A stretch of 64,000 nt of DNA, taken from Ginglymostoma cirratum. Lineage: Eukaryota. Location of the stretch: NCBI GenBank assembly GCA_024137785.1, contig JAHRHZ010000035.1, positions 19,108,471 through 19,172,470 of the forward strand, in the 5' to 3' direction. The notes beneath the pieces were generated by a model. It was not told where the DNA came from. It did not search any database and saw only the letters and a list, made by a program, of their open reading frames with translations. The position numbers and the translations under genes are program-made. Positions 25,715 through 37,890 of the stretch are shown one piece after another. Position 1 is the first letter of the stretch. Every line of letters starts with the position of its first letter.

Positions 25715-26139
25715 AGGGAGGGAATGATATAGTGGCATTGTCAGTAATCCCATGGCAGATGATGGAATTTCAATTCAAAAATCTGGAATTGAAGTCTAAT
25801 GATAACCATGAAACCATTGCTAATTGTCATAAAAATTCATCTGGTCCATTAGGGAAGGATATCTCCCAACACTATCTGCTTTGGCCTACACCCAATTCCA
25901 GACACACAGCAAATTGGTTGATTCTTAAAAGCCCTCTGAAATAGCCTTGCAAGTTACAATTGTAATGCTAAAACACTTTAAATGAATGAAATTGAACAAC
26001 ATACCCAACATCCACTTGACACTGAAAACAACAGTGGCAAACACAGCCCTGTCGAACCAGCATAGTCCATTATTCTAACATCTGAGAACTAGTTACAACA
26101 TTGGGAGAGTTGACCAATAAATTAGTCAAGCAACAGCCC
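25715..26139 (+). mobile_element. 5' end of LINE: SINE-like UTR running into AP-endonuclease N-terminus
   Basis: 25715-25950 matches the SINE body; 26070-26139 translates SNI*ELVTTLGELTNKLVKQQP (APE motif N-I-x-G-L..EL...QQPD); truncated by Harbinger sequence. Confidence 0.65.
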
Positions 26140-26930
26140 ATTGTCTGCAAAGAACGACAGAGGGAGAATGACTATGTTATGTCCCAAAGCTCTCCCAGAC
26201 TGTTACAAGCATTGGCATCATATCTTCAGGAGACCTGTTATTTGCCCCTGGAAAATTGGCCACATTGAAGCAAAGCTTAGCCTCAGTCAGTGTGTTGCAT
26301 TACAGAGTCATCATTTATGGTTACAGAGGTTAGCTCTTTTTTTCCAATAACTATCTTTGTAAGACATCCAGTCCTTGAAATGAAGCAGAGGCCTGGGTAT
26401 TCTCAAGGATATAGGCATCATGGCAGCTTCCAGAGGACCTGGTGTGGACCCCTAAGGTGTGGTACTAATGACCACAGATGATTTGGTCATTAATCAACTG
26501 GAACACTTTTCTGTTGATGAAATCTGATATGTCATGATATGATGCTTTCAATGTGACATATGTACAGTCTATAGTGCCCTGCACCTGGGGGATAGCAAAG
26601 CCTACTGCCTGGGCTGCAGCACTGACCTTGTCATAGGGAAACAAGATGAAGTGGTATGATCTGGCATTTGTGGCTGAGGATTCAGAAATCCCACGCAGAT
26701 CCTCAGTGGCTCCTTGGAAGCAGCTAGTTGCATAAAAATGGAACACAGCTGTCACCTTGAAAGTCACTGGGATAGGAAAGCCTCCCACTCCTTCAGGTGA
26801 CAGCTCCAGCAAACAATATGCTGTAACATCCTCAGTCAGAGGGAGCACTGTGTGGAGAAATGGTATCGAGGGTGATTGACTCTGGGCCTCCTGTAGCTGC
26901 TCTGATGGGGGCTTCTGCCGTGACATAACT
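26140..26930 (-). pseudogene. Harbinger DDE transposase (HARBI1-like), decayed
   Basis: PIPVTFKVTAVFHFYATSCFQGATEDLRGISES..FILFP..PQVQGTIDCTYVTLKA..FINRKVFQLINDQIICGH, then SGSCHDAYIL and GLLKI*CQCL. Confidence 0.9.
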
Positions 26931-27842
26931 TCATATGGAGACTATTCAGTAAATGCTGGATCTTGCCGGTGTGTCTCAATTTCTCTGTGGTCCATCCCCC
27001 TGTCCAGGGGTGCTCAGCAGTCATGGCAAGGTGGCAGAGGGGTGGATAACTTTACACCATGTACCCTGTTCTCCCCGGGAGACAGCACAGGTACCCAGCT
27101 GGAGAAGGAGCCTTGATCAGAAGTCTCCTCTAGGGAGACTCCAGAAGTGTCATGGTCTTCCACTTCCCCTCCTGCCTGTCAGCTTCGTGTGTGTTGGAGG
27201 TCAAGCTAAGGAAAATGCACTTGCTTCTGGCAAAGATGTCTGGACCCTCACGACCCAAAAGCCCTCGACTCAACCTCCTAGGTCAGGCTCACTCTACCCA
27301 GATGTGGATCTTAGGACTGTATTAGGGAGGAGTAGTGGGAGGAAAAGGAAATAAAGAAAACCTCTTGAGGGAACAATAGTGACATTTCATTACAAATAAA
27401 GTCTGACATTTGTTAAAACACATTCAGAGTGTTGCTACATCTCTTTGCTCAGGACTCTGTTTAGCCTCTAGTGTAACTGTTGCACCGTGAGGCCAGACTT
27501 CATTCACATACATAATGTTCCATGGAGCAAGGCCTGACCTGAGAAGCTGCTGTACCCCGTGTAGACAACATAAGCATCACATACATGATGGCCACCAGCA
27601 ACTGGGTACCATTTGCAATGACATTGGTACAGCATCACTGATCTCTGTGGGTAAAGGTCTCGCTCTGCGTGAAATGCTCAGCAATGGTTGGGCCTTGGGC
27701 CTATGTAGGATGCCGTGAAGCAGTGGATAAGAGTCCCCAGCAATTCGGAGGCTGCAGGTATGTATCCAATGCAGTGAATGGATCTGTGTGTAGTATTGTC
27801 TTCCCATCACTGGGTTTGCAGGCTTCTCCTTAGCCTGCTTAC

Positions 27843-28765
27843 TCCAGGTGTGAGTGCGGACATTTCCTTTCCCAGTGCATAGCTGCAATTTCCAGATTGA
27901 GGGAAAGTGACAGAGAGGACTCTGCGGGCAGTAAATTCCAAGCTCTGTCTTTACATGTTGGTGAGGTCCTGAATATCTACATCCACTTTCTGTAGCCAAT
28001 GGGCTATTTGCCAATTTGCACCTCTTCAGTTCCCTACCCACCCTGCCTATGGGAGCCTCCCCCTGTCTGACTTTACCTTCCAGCCCCTGGCATATGATGT
28101 GACCTCATGTGTTCTCATACACTGCTAACCTCTTACAATTGTCATTCCCTCCCTTTCAATTTGCAGCCCCGAGTCCCCACAAATAGGTTCCCCAGCTCCC
28201 TTCCCAAAGTAATGGCTCGCTTTATCCCTTAATACACACCCCCAGCCTCCCAAGTTATCCCTGGCCTTTGTGCATGGTGGATTCACTGTGACGCATCCCC
28301 TTGAGTGATCTAACCCCGCAACCCTCTCCTGGAAATGCCTGCAACCCTGACTGATGCATGCACATCTCCCTGACTGTGTCACCATTAACCCCTGGACTGG
28401 CCACTGAGGAGCCACAGGGCCATCTGTAACTCCCTTCCTGGACTGCAGATATACAGAGTCCTTGAGCGAGACACCCTCCCTCCGTAGGTCCGGCCCCGAG
28501 CTTTGGACTGATCTTGGAAGCTGCCTTTGACTAACTGTACCAGGACAACCTGACTGACGGGTACCAATGTGGACTTTACAGAGGATCAATCCAATTGGAC
28601 TTTGAGATGTAGCCATTGACTTGCAGCAAACGCAGGGTGTTCATCATGTAAGATGCTGGCACGTGGTGCTGGTGTGAGATTGATGAAGCACAGTCCTTCC
28701 AGCAAAATGTCTGTCGCCTTGACTGAGCACTGCTGATCAGGAAGACACGCTGCTTGTCTCTGTGA
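27843..28765 (-). pseudogene. Exons of unidentified third Harbinger gene (28536-28765 and 27843-27989)
   Basis: cacAG..GTTAGT exon QRQAACLPDQQCSVKATDILLEGLCFINLTPAPRASILHDEHPAFAASQWLHLKV/ILCKVHIGTRQSGCPGT; 147-nt tacAG..GTAAGC exon KVDVDIQDLTNM*RQSLEFTARRVLSVTFPQSGNCSYALGKEMSALTPG. Confidence 0.5.
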
Positions 28766-30484
28766 CTGTGCAAAGAGGCAAGGCAGGAAGGCTGTGAGCA
28801 GGCAGGTAGGTGTTAAGTGAGGGAGCACTAAGAGAGTGAGCCTGGCTCAATACGTGAGCTGGGTACATGTCCCTGCAGCAACATTGCAGTGCACCCAAAG
28901 TGCTGCTTTAAAGTGCAGAAGGTGGATCGGAGAGGTGCCATGAGGGTTTGGAGAAGTTGGCAGGCATCAGATGCCGGTCTCTGTGCACGGACAAGTGAGT
29001 TTAGCGAGGGCCCTGAGATGTTGCTGGATGTCCAAGACAGCAATCCAGAACAGCGAGCAGTGAGCTGGAGTCACCCAGTACCCACTCTGGCTTCTATGTC
29101 AGGAATTGTTCATGTTTAGTTTCCCCACAGCAGATCGTCAAACAGGAAGCTGCATTTTAATGAGGCAAGGTTCACTGCTAATGAGGCTGTTAACAAGCAT
29201 TGATACCCTTTAAAAGGCATTTTACTACTTCATCGTGAGAATCCTGTCTCCGTGCCCAAACTCTGTTCCAAAATGCAATGCATTTCTCTTGATGTTGATA
29301 AAGGCCTCGCCTGACTTCTCATGGGGTTTCCCAGGCTTCTCGCCATGGCCCACATCATTCAGGACATTGTACCATTGTGTGTCTTATTTTAAAACAGTGC
29401 CCCCAATTCTAAATTCCTCTACGAGGGAATCCTACCAGAATCCAAGTCATGTGACACATCGCACAATGAATCACTTGGTGGATATTTACTCTCTGATAGG
29501 AGTTTAATTATTTATTTTGATTACCATCAAATGTGAGTGGGCTGTCCCTCTGATTTTTAAGTGAATGAAACAAGAAAAACCTCAGTAATTATGGAGGAAA
29601 GTTGTATGAGGGAGCTACCCTATCATCGATATCAAGCATTGAGGGAGTTGTTGAAATGGAGGTGTGCGTGCATTGTGACAGGATGTTGGACTTGTTGCTT
29701 GCTGCCACTTCAGGTTTCATTTATTCCAGTCCATCATGGGGCTGACAGCTGAAATATTAGCTCGCCGCAGCTACACAATTGGGATCGACTGCAAAGAGAA
29801 AAAGCAACAATTGCAAAACACGACAGTTCATACTTCTGCAAAGGTGTTTGCGTAAAGAAACCATGTTGAGTCACTGACAGATGTTCGTGCATTGAAACCA
29901 AATCATTAAATATTTTTCATGCAGTAGCAACCCATTAACAATTGCTGTACAATACACAGATTCCATTTCAAGTGAAGCATAAAGGCAACACACAAGACTC
30001 TGTTTGCTTAAGCTGTATGTCAGTGGGTGCACAGCTGCCAGTCAAACAAAGACCTGGTGAGTTTTCTTGAAATGTTTCTGTACCCTCATACAGCTGAGAG
30101 GACAGCTCACAGGCAACCACCTCCCCCTATAGTTGTTGGTACCAGTTCTTTTTAATGTGCTTTTGACAGATGGATGCCTGTTCTCCTCCTTTGATCCCTG
30201 GGCAGTGTAGTCTAAATTTACCCCCTCCCTACTTGAACTACTTTGAGAATGAGGGTTTTCAAAGATTTTTATCAAGTATATCAAGATTTATTGATATATA
30301 TTAAGATATATATTGGTATATCAAGATTTTCAAAGTTAATCAAAATTACTGTTCCAGTTTGTTTAGGGACTGTCTACTAGTTAAGAAAATCAAGCTAGTT
30401 ATCAAAATCGGAACTGAGAATTCTAATTCTGTTATCTTATGTTTCCATTTTAGGAAATTATGAAGGAAACCAAACTCATAGGTC

Positions 30485-30948
30485 AGACTCCAAAAACAGT
30501 CAACAATCCTGACACCATCCAGGATAAGCAACCTGCTTGATTGGCACCACGTCCACAAACATCCCATCACTGACGCTCGGTAGCAGCAGTGTGTACTATG
30601 TACAAGATGCACTGCAGAAATTCACCAAAGATCCTTAGAAACAACAGTCCCAACCCATGACCACATCCATCTAGAAGGACAAGGGCAGCAGATACATGGG
30701 AACACCATCACTTGCAGGTTTCCTTCCATGCCACTCACTGTTCTGACTTGGAAATGTATCACTGTCCATCCACTGTTGCTGGGTCAGAATCCTGGAATTC
30801 CTTCCAAAAGCATTGTGGGCGTACTTACAGTATATGGATTGCAGCGGTTCAAGAAGGCAGCTCGCTATCACCTTCTCAAGGGTAACTAGGGACGGACAAT
30901 AAATACTTACCCAGCCAGTGACATCTATATTCCATGAGTGAATAAAAA
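30485..30948 (+). mobile_element. 3' end of L2/CR1-group LINE
   Basis: DTIQDK..CLIGTTSTNI..SVAAVCTMYKMHCRNSPKIL; tail CTTCTCAAGGGTAACTAGGGACGGACAATAAA..GAATAAAA; homologous to 41070-41580. Confidence 0.85.
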
Positions 30949-31457
30949 TGAGATAGCATATTGATATGGTTTTGAACTAACTTGGTTTTTAATAAGGATT
31001 CTGGTGGTGATATTCACTTTTTAAATAGAGCATTCTATCATGGTAAGGATTCTTGGGAAGTCTTTACATGGGCCAAGAAATGGCAGGGAGTTCAGATTCG
31101 TGTGGAGTATCTGTGACTAGAGAGGGAAGAAAGGCACTCTCGATGGTATAGTTTATAATTGATTATTTCATTTATTCACATCTTTATAGTGTTATCTATC
31201 TCAAAAAGTGCCTCACTTGGACACTTATGAGAAATCAGAACATCCAAGCAGAGCAAGGTTTTCTGTGGCAGACCTGTCTTTTGTTGCTATGGTTTGAGAC
31301 TTGCCTCTCTCTCACCTCCAAGGTCTTTCCACGGCAATAATTGCAGATTAAGTAAAGAAAACATCATAATAATGGTCATTAAAGCACCTGATATTTTCAC
31401 TGACATAGTGCGTAAGACTTCCACATACTCCTTCTCAAGGCTGCATAGCAAGTAACT

Positions 31458-31990
31458 GTGGATTTAAATGAGGTTGTAGAGATGCTCGCTAAGCCGGTGG
31501 GTTTGGTTACAGACATTTTGTCACTCTGCTCGGCAACACCATTAGTGTGCCTCTGGTGGAGAGTTGGTGTTCTGTCCTGCTTGTTATTTATATGCCTCGG
31601 TTTGCTGGGATGGTTGGCATTACTTCCAGTTCTGTTTTTCAGTCATTTGTATATTGGGTCCGGTTCAACGTATTTGTTGATGGAGTTCCGGTTGGAATGT
31701 CAGGCCTCCAGGAATTCCCTGGCATGTCTCTGTTTGGTTCGTGCTATTATGGATGTGTTGTCCCAGTCAAATTTGTGTCCTTCTTTGTCCATGTGTATTG
31801 AGACCAGTGAGAATTGGTTGTGTCTTTTGGTGGCTAGTTGGTGTTAGTGTATCCTTATTGTCAGTTTTCTTCCAGTTGGCCTATGTAATGTTTTTCACAG
31901 CCCCTGTATGGTATTTTGTATATTACGTTAGTTTTATTGCCTCATCCACAACCACATCCACAACCCGAAGTATAAATCTTCGCAAAAACT
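31458..31990 (-). mobile_element. Penelope-like element fragment: GIY-YIG endonuclease C-terminus plus pLTR
   Basis: NVIYKIPYRGCEKHYIGQ/GRKLTIRIH*HQLATKRHNQFSLVSIHMDKEGHKFDWDNTSIIARTKQRHAREFLEA*HSNRNSINK; downstream a decayed hammerhead-like motif CTAATGGTGTTGCC..GTGACAAAATGTC. Confidence 0.9.
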
Positions 31991-32989
31991 GTGGATATAC
32001 ATGTTCTGTGTGTTAAATCGTGAAAGGTTGGATCACATTTATTCATATTTGTAATAAAAGTTTTCGTCATCTTCAGTGCTAGCCGCAAGATGGCTGATCT
32101 TCTTGATGGAAACAAGATGCTACCCATTTGATACAGAGTTGTAGATAAGTCAGTGGAAGATTCAGACACCTACAATAGAGACATAAGTTCAATTGTATGT
32201 GTTAATTCAACTCTGTCATATTGCTTTTCAGTAAAGCCTACAGTTTCAGTGATATCATCAGCATTCACTTATTGAAATAAAACGGTTTAAAAATTTTCAA
32301 GAGGAAGACAGTAATTAGTAAAAAAGCGAATTAAAACAACTCTTTAAGTTTTCTTTTTAAAACGTCACTCTGACTCTTTAAAGGTTCTGCCAGTGACCTT
32401 TAGTGTGTTTCTGTTTTACAAATTATTGACTAGCCCTTTTGCTTCTTTATGCCACATATCGAATAGCTTCTGGGTGGCAAGAAAAAGCAGCCTGTTCTCT
32501 TTAATGATGGACGATTAGTAATGAATAGCATGGCTAATGCATGCTTCCTCGATTACTAACAAATAGGTTGCAAAATAAATAAATTATTCAACAGGTGCAA
32601 CCCTTTCTCATGAATGCCTAACCTCATATCCATGCACACCATCTATTCTGTATATTAGTTCTCAGTCTTGTGGCACTGAGAAATATCAAGGCTGTTATTA
32701 AATAACCTGTAATTATAGGGAAAACCTTTTATATGTAAATAGCTGGAGGCTAAAAATGCACAAATGGGTCTGAATCTACAGCAAAGTAAATGATACAATA
32801 TGGGAGCATTCTGAGACAATAGACAAGAAAACAAATTCCTTCTCAAGACTTAAAAAATATTTAATTTCATATCTCTGGCATCAAGATGGCTGCTGTTATA
32901 CTCCAAGATATATCTGACCTGATTTTTACTGGGATGTTGGGATCATTTGATCTGTTTCTAGGTCCAGAGTGATCATTTGAAAAACAAAA

Positions 32990-33282
32990 TCATAGAATCC
33001 CTACAGTGTGGAAACAGGCCTCTTGGCCCAACAAGCCCTCAGAGAATTCCACCCAGACCTAACCCGCTAATCTACACATCCCTGAACACTATAGGCAATT
33101 TAACATGGCCAATCTACCTAGCTGCCACATCTTTGGACTGCTGGAGGACACCAGAGCAAACCCACACAGACACAGGGAGAATTTGCAAACTCCATGCAGA
33201 TAGTCCCCCAGGGGTGGAATTGAACCTGGGTCCCTGGTACTGTGAGGCTGCAGTGCTAACCACTAAGCCACTGTGCTGCCCT
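32990..33282 (-). mobile_element. Full-length HE1/V-SINE
   Basis: rc GGGCAGCACAGTGGCTTAGTGGTTAGCACTGC..GGTTCAATTCC, V-domain, CR1-like tail GGGCCAAGAGGCCTGTTTCCACACTGTAGGGATTCTATG. Confidence 0.9.
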
Positions 33283-33869
33283 TTTGCACATAAGCATAAA
33301 CTCTAAAGACATTTATGCTAAAGGCAACCTGTTCGTTTCATTGTATGGAAAGATGCAGAACAGGACTGGATGGAGAAGCAGATTCCACAATGCAAAATTA
33401 AGCCTTTTTCAGGCTGTTAAACTTTAACATAATAAAAGGTTAAATGGGTTTGCTGGAACTTGTGTTTCAGACATAAATTTTGCCACATTGAGTGAGCAAA
33501 TCATGTAGGGGATGTCCACCTACAGATGTGTGTCATGGCAGTGAGTGACCAACATATATAATGGATGTTAGTTACCATAGACCATAGACAGTGACCAATG
33601 GCCAGCAAATTGTCAACTTGACAGACACCGACAGAAAATTCTGTGCAGATAATTCCTGGCTGTTTTAAGACCTTTACCTCCCCAAAACTTGGTCAGTGCA
33701 GTAAAACCACCTGAAAAATGGAATAAATGAAAATTTTGTGTTGTTTGTGAAAGAAGTTACCATGGGAAGAGATATACTGTTGAATATTAATGGTTCATAT
33801 ATCCCAATCCATTAAAGTGATTTAACCTTAAGTCTTAATGTAATTAATTCTAGTCCTTAATTGGGCTTT

Positions 33870-34432
33870 GCAGTACCAGAGGGATACTTTCACTTTTGGG
33901 TTTCCTGCCACATGGAACACTGAGTTCAATGATAGCCAATATGAGGAAGAATGTCAAAGCCTTGGAAAGGTTGCAGAAGAGTTGGAAAGGTTGGATTAGA
34001 AAGGTTGCCTTAGAATGGCACCAGATATGTGGTGAGATCAGAGAAACTGAGGTTGTTCCCCTTGGAATAGAAAAGGTGGAAACATGATTTGATAGAGGTA
34101 TTCAAAACCATAAATAGTAGTGTAAGTAAGGAGAAAAGCAGGATTGGTAATCAGAGGAAATGGATTTAAGGCACAAGGCAACTGAATTGAAAGCATGATG
34201 AGGAAATGTTTTTACAGTGAGTTTCAATCTGAAATGTATTGCATAAAAGAGTAGTAGAAACAGATTTAACAGTATTTTTTAAAAGAGCACTAGATAACCA
34301 CTTGAAAGGATTTACAGTGCTTTGTGGGAAAAGCAGTGGGCGGATTTAATTGTCTAGTGCGGCCAAAGAGTTGACACAAGCACAATTGGCTGAATGGCCT
34401 CCTTCTGGGTTCTGTTTTTGTATGAGTCTATG
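33870..34432 (+). mobile_element. Old CR1 3' fragment
   Basis: RKNVKALERLQK, DLIEVFK motifs; tail GGCTGAATGGCCTCCTTCT. Confidence 0.75.
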
Positions 34433-36621
34433 TATTCCACATATGTAATGCTGAGATCAGCAAGTTCCTGATATGGGTAGCTGTTTCTGGGTCCAATTGG
34501 TTCCATATGTTATCAGTGGAGGTATGGAAATCTGATTTATATACTTGCCTACTTTCAGCACTTTTATGGTCCATTGGAATCTATTGCACAGGACAAGATT
34601 TTATGGCATAATAGTGTAGTAAAAAATATTAACCACTTTCAAGATCTAAAAGGCAAGATATTGCCTGAGGGTTATGTACATAACTGAAGTAATGTTCCTA
34701 TGCCAGAAACTGCAGTTCAGTGCTTATATAACCAGAACATTGCTGGCAATATTTGTTTAATTACTTTGGCTGCAACACCTAAATTACATGCATCTAATAA
34801 ATGTCTCAGCAGGCAATGGTTCTCAAGTAGCCTACTTACAGGATATTGCCAACCATCAACATACAAGACCCACTGTAGTGTCTACCATTTATATTTGTTA
34901 AAATAGCATTGAAATTTTCTGTATTTACAAGTAAACACTCACTCATTTGTCTACAGACCATACTTACATTAGCATGTGGCAACAATTGATCATACAAATT
35001 TGGTTATAAAAAGTTAGTGTGGTCTGGCATTATTTGAAAGAGGAGTTCTCCACTTGTCGTCATTAAGACAGACAACAGCACCCTCAGCAGGACAATCCGA
35101 CAGATAGTGATGCCCTATAAGTCCAGACAGACTCTCCCACTTGTCAAAGTAGCAGTGAAATATATCATTTAATTAACAAAGATCAACTTCCAGAGCCTAG
35201 ACATTTGAGAATCTCCTGCTGCTGTTTACAAATTGGAGTGTTAACAAATTTACATCATGAACAAAAGTATCTGGTGTTACCATCTAATCTCCCAAAGTGT
35301 TGCTCTAGGAAATTGTATTCACCCGCACTTCAATAATCTGCTAACACTTTATCTTTGTTCCATTACTGTTAAATATCTTTGCATTTTCAGTCATAGGGCA
35401 GGTGGTTTTCCAAATGAACACACTAGGTAATTTCTGCAATTCAACAATACACAGCCTAGTATCCTGCCTTTTTTATTCTACCCACTCCAACCCTGACAAT
35501 AATTTAAAAAACAAACTTCCATTACTTTACAAAGGGAAGTACGACCAATTAAATATAACTCATAAAAAGACAAATAGATTTATAAGTCAAGAAGTGTGAA
35601 AAACACACTGTCAAAAATCCACAAGTGGACACCTCTCTGAAAGAGGAGCACCAGGTGCTGACAACTGGTACAAAAGCATGTTTTTCACAGGAACAGAGCT
35701 GTGATCCTCCCAAGAACTCTGCTGTTTGCTTTGGATCATTACCAAATCTACAAAACTTAGCAACTGACACGAGTTAAAGCTATTTGCATCCAGACTCACG
35801 AGTTTGTGCATGTTTTTTACAGTCTGTTTTCACTGCCATTAGGAGGCTTGGCCTCTAGTTCAGCGTTCTGATACACCTGTTGTGTTTTCTGTATACACAT
35901 TTGGGTGCATGACCTGATCTGCTATCCATCAAAAGGGGCTATTATAACCAACACTGTGGTCCATGTGTTGACTTGAACTCTTTATCTTGCTCAGTAATCC
36001 CTATAATCGAAAGTGTTCCCTATTGGAGCATTACAGTGATGAAGCAAACTCTTGAAATGAAGTTTTCAGAATGCGCTCCTTGATTCTGTTCGTTAATGTT
36101 AAAGTAAATATGAAATAAGCAGAATCGAGTTTTCATCTTTTCCTCACATCATTGACTGGCAACAGCCTGAATTTCTGGCAGTACACTCTCAACAAATCAA
36201 CCTCTGGCTTCTCTAATAGTGATTGATAGCACCGGTAATATCGCATTTACAGCAACAAAATTCAATTAAATTCAATCAAAACAAACACTGAGGCATGACT
36301 TTTACAGCTCTGTATACTTCAGAGAAACACTGGCTCAGGGGTGATTTGATAACAAAATAAGGCGGGGACCAATTTATATTACAGCTGGCTTAGCGAGAGA
36401 GGACCCAGATTCACACTGCCAGGTTGTGGAAGGACAGTCTGAGGTTGAGTATAAAGTAGTTCTTCTCACAGGGAATAGTGAATCTGGGGAGCATGTTGCA
36501 GGTCTGCATAGTGAATTCAGATTCTCTTCATTCAAGAGGGTGCTACTTCTGTTTCTGGCAACTGTATTCAAGAGTGAGGTGTCCCTAATGTAAATCAAGT
36601 TCAGTGAGATCTCAAATAATG

Positions 36622-37295
36622 TAAGTTCCTTGAAAGTGGAGTTGCAGGTATATAGGATAGCGAAGAAGTATGCCTGCTTTATTGCTTAGTGCATTGAGTT
36701 TGGGAGTTGAGAGGTCTTGTTGCAGCTGTACAGGACATTGGTTCAGCCACTTTTGGAGCATTGCATGCAAGTCTGGTCTCCCAGCCAGACGAAGGATGTT
36801 ATGAAACTAGAAAGGGTTCAGAAAAGATTTATGAGGATGTTGCCAGTGTTGGAGGGTAAGAGCTATACGGAGAGGCGAAGTAGGCTGGGGCTATTTTCCC
36901 TGGAGTGTTGGAGGCTGAGGAGTGACCTTATAGAGGTTTATAAAATCATGAGGGGCATGGATAGGGTAAATAGGCAAGGTCTTTTCTCCAGGGTAAAGGT
37001 GCCCAAAATTAGAGCGCGTACGTTTAATGTGAGAGGGGAAAGATATAAAAGGTACCTAAGGGGTAACTTTTTCACACATAGGGTGGTGCATGTATGGAAC
37101 GAGCTGCCTGAGGAAGTGGTGGAGGCTGGTACAATTACAACATTTAAAAGGCATCTGGATGGATATGTGAATGGGAAGGGTTGAGAGGGATATGGGCTAA
37201 ATACTGGTAAATGAGACTACATTTATATAGGATATCTGGTTGGCATGGAACAGTTGGACCGAAGGGTCTGTTTCCATGCTGCGTATCTCTGTGAT
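36622..37295 (+). mobile_element. CR1 3' fragment
   Basis: ORF 36717-37184 LQLYRTLVQPLLEHCMQVWSP..LGLFSLE..DLIEVYKIMRG..FFTHRVVHVWNELP; tail GGACCGAAGGGTCTGTTTCC. Confidence 0.95.
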
Positions 37296-37304
37296 TGTGC
37301 GACT

Positions 37305-37675
37305 CAATAAGTGTTTCTGACGTGAAGTCAGTGTTCTAATGTAGGAGGTGCAGCAGCTAATTTGCACAAAGCAAACTCCACAAGACGGTAACATAATCCT
37401 GACCAAATAACCTGTAGGTTAGTAATTTTTTTTCACTATTAATTTTGACCAATTCATCACAGATAACTCCCCTGCCCTTACTTTGAAAACTGACCTAGTA
37501 TTGTTTACTGAAAGGGTAGGTAGGACCCTGATTTAAGGTCTGAGCCAAAAGACAGAGTCTCCAACATGGCGGCACTCCATGAGTACTACACTGGAGTGTC
37601 AGCGTGGATTTTTATGCTCCTCTTCGAGTGAACTCACAACCTTCTGACTCAGTGGCGAAGTGCTACAGCTGAGAC
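37305..37675 (-). mobile_element. Deu-domain SINE (SacSINE1/AmnSINE1-like)
   Basis: GCACTCCATGAGTACTACACTGGAGTGTCAGC..ACAACCTTCTGACTCAG matches the antisense Deu core and tRNA head; homologous to 61742-62145. Confidence 0.7.
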
Positions 37676-37725
37676 ATTAAGACATGTTAGCAGGTCAAGT
37701 CCCACCAGAGACAATGGAGTATTTA

Positions 37726-37890
37726 ATCTAGGTTGATACTTCAATTTAGCGCTGATGGACAATTGCATTATTAAAGTTGCTATCTTTCAGAGGTAAAATT
37801 GAGAAGTTGCCTCTCCTGCTGTCATATGGATATAAAATATTCCATGACACATTTTGAAAAAAAGTTACAAAGTTCTCCCATAGATAACAT
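37726..37890 (+). mobile_element. Degraded Deu-domain SINE fragment
   Basis: AATCTAGGTTGATACTTC..GCTGA..CTTTCAGA..TCCATGACACATTTTGAA, colinear with 61872-62000. Confidence 0.5.

Larger units (their letters stand above)
26140..29402. mobile_element. PIF/Harbinger relic (transposase on -, Myb 3' end on +, third gene on -)
   Basis: Transposase remnant; homology to 6940-7540; TIR-like right end GGGCACTGTTTTA (rc of ~29390-29402). Confidence 0.75.

Noticed and set aside
26465-26926. Domesticated HARBI1 gene
   Set aside because: Internal deletions and multiple stops downstream; embedded in a transposon relic.
30255-30335. Repeated TATATCAAGATTTT motif
   Set aside because: Short low-complexity slippage duplication with no further structure.
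32030-32169. Possible minus-strand terminal exon (ctattgtAG acceptor, AATAAA)
   Set aside because: No recognisable protein and no upstream exons; such signals are common by chance.
33200-33282. tRNA gene
   Set aside because: It is the tRNA-derived head of an HE1 SINE, followed by the V-domain rather than a terminator.
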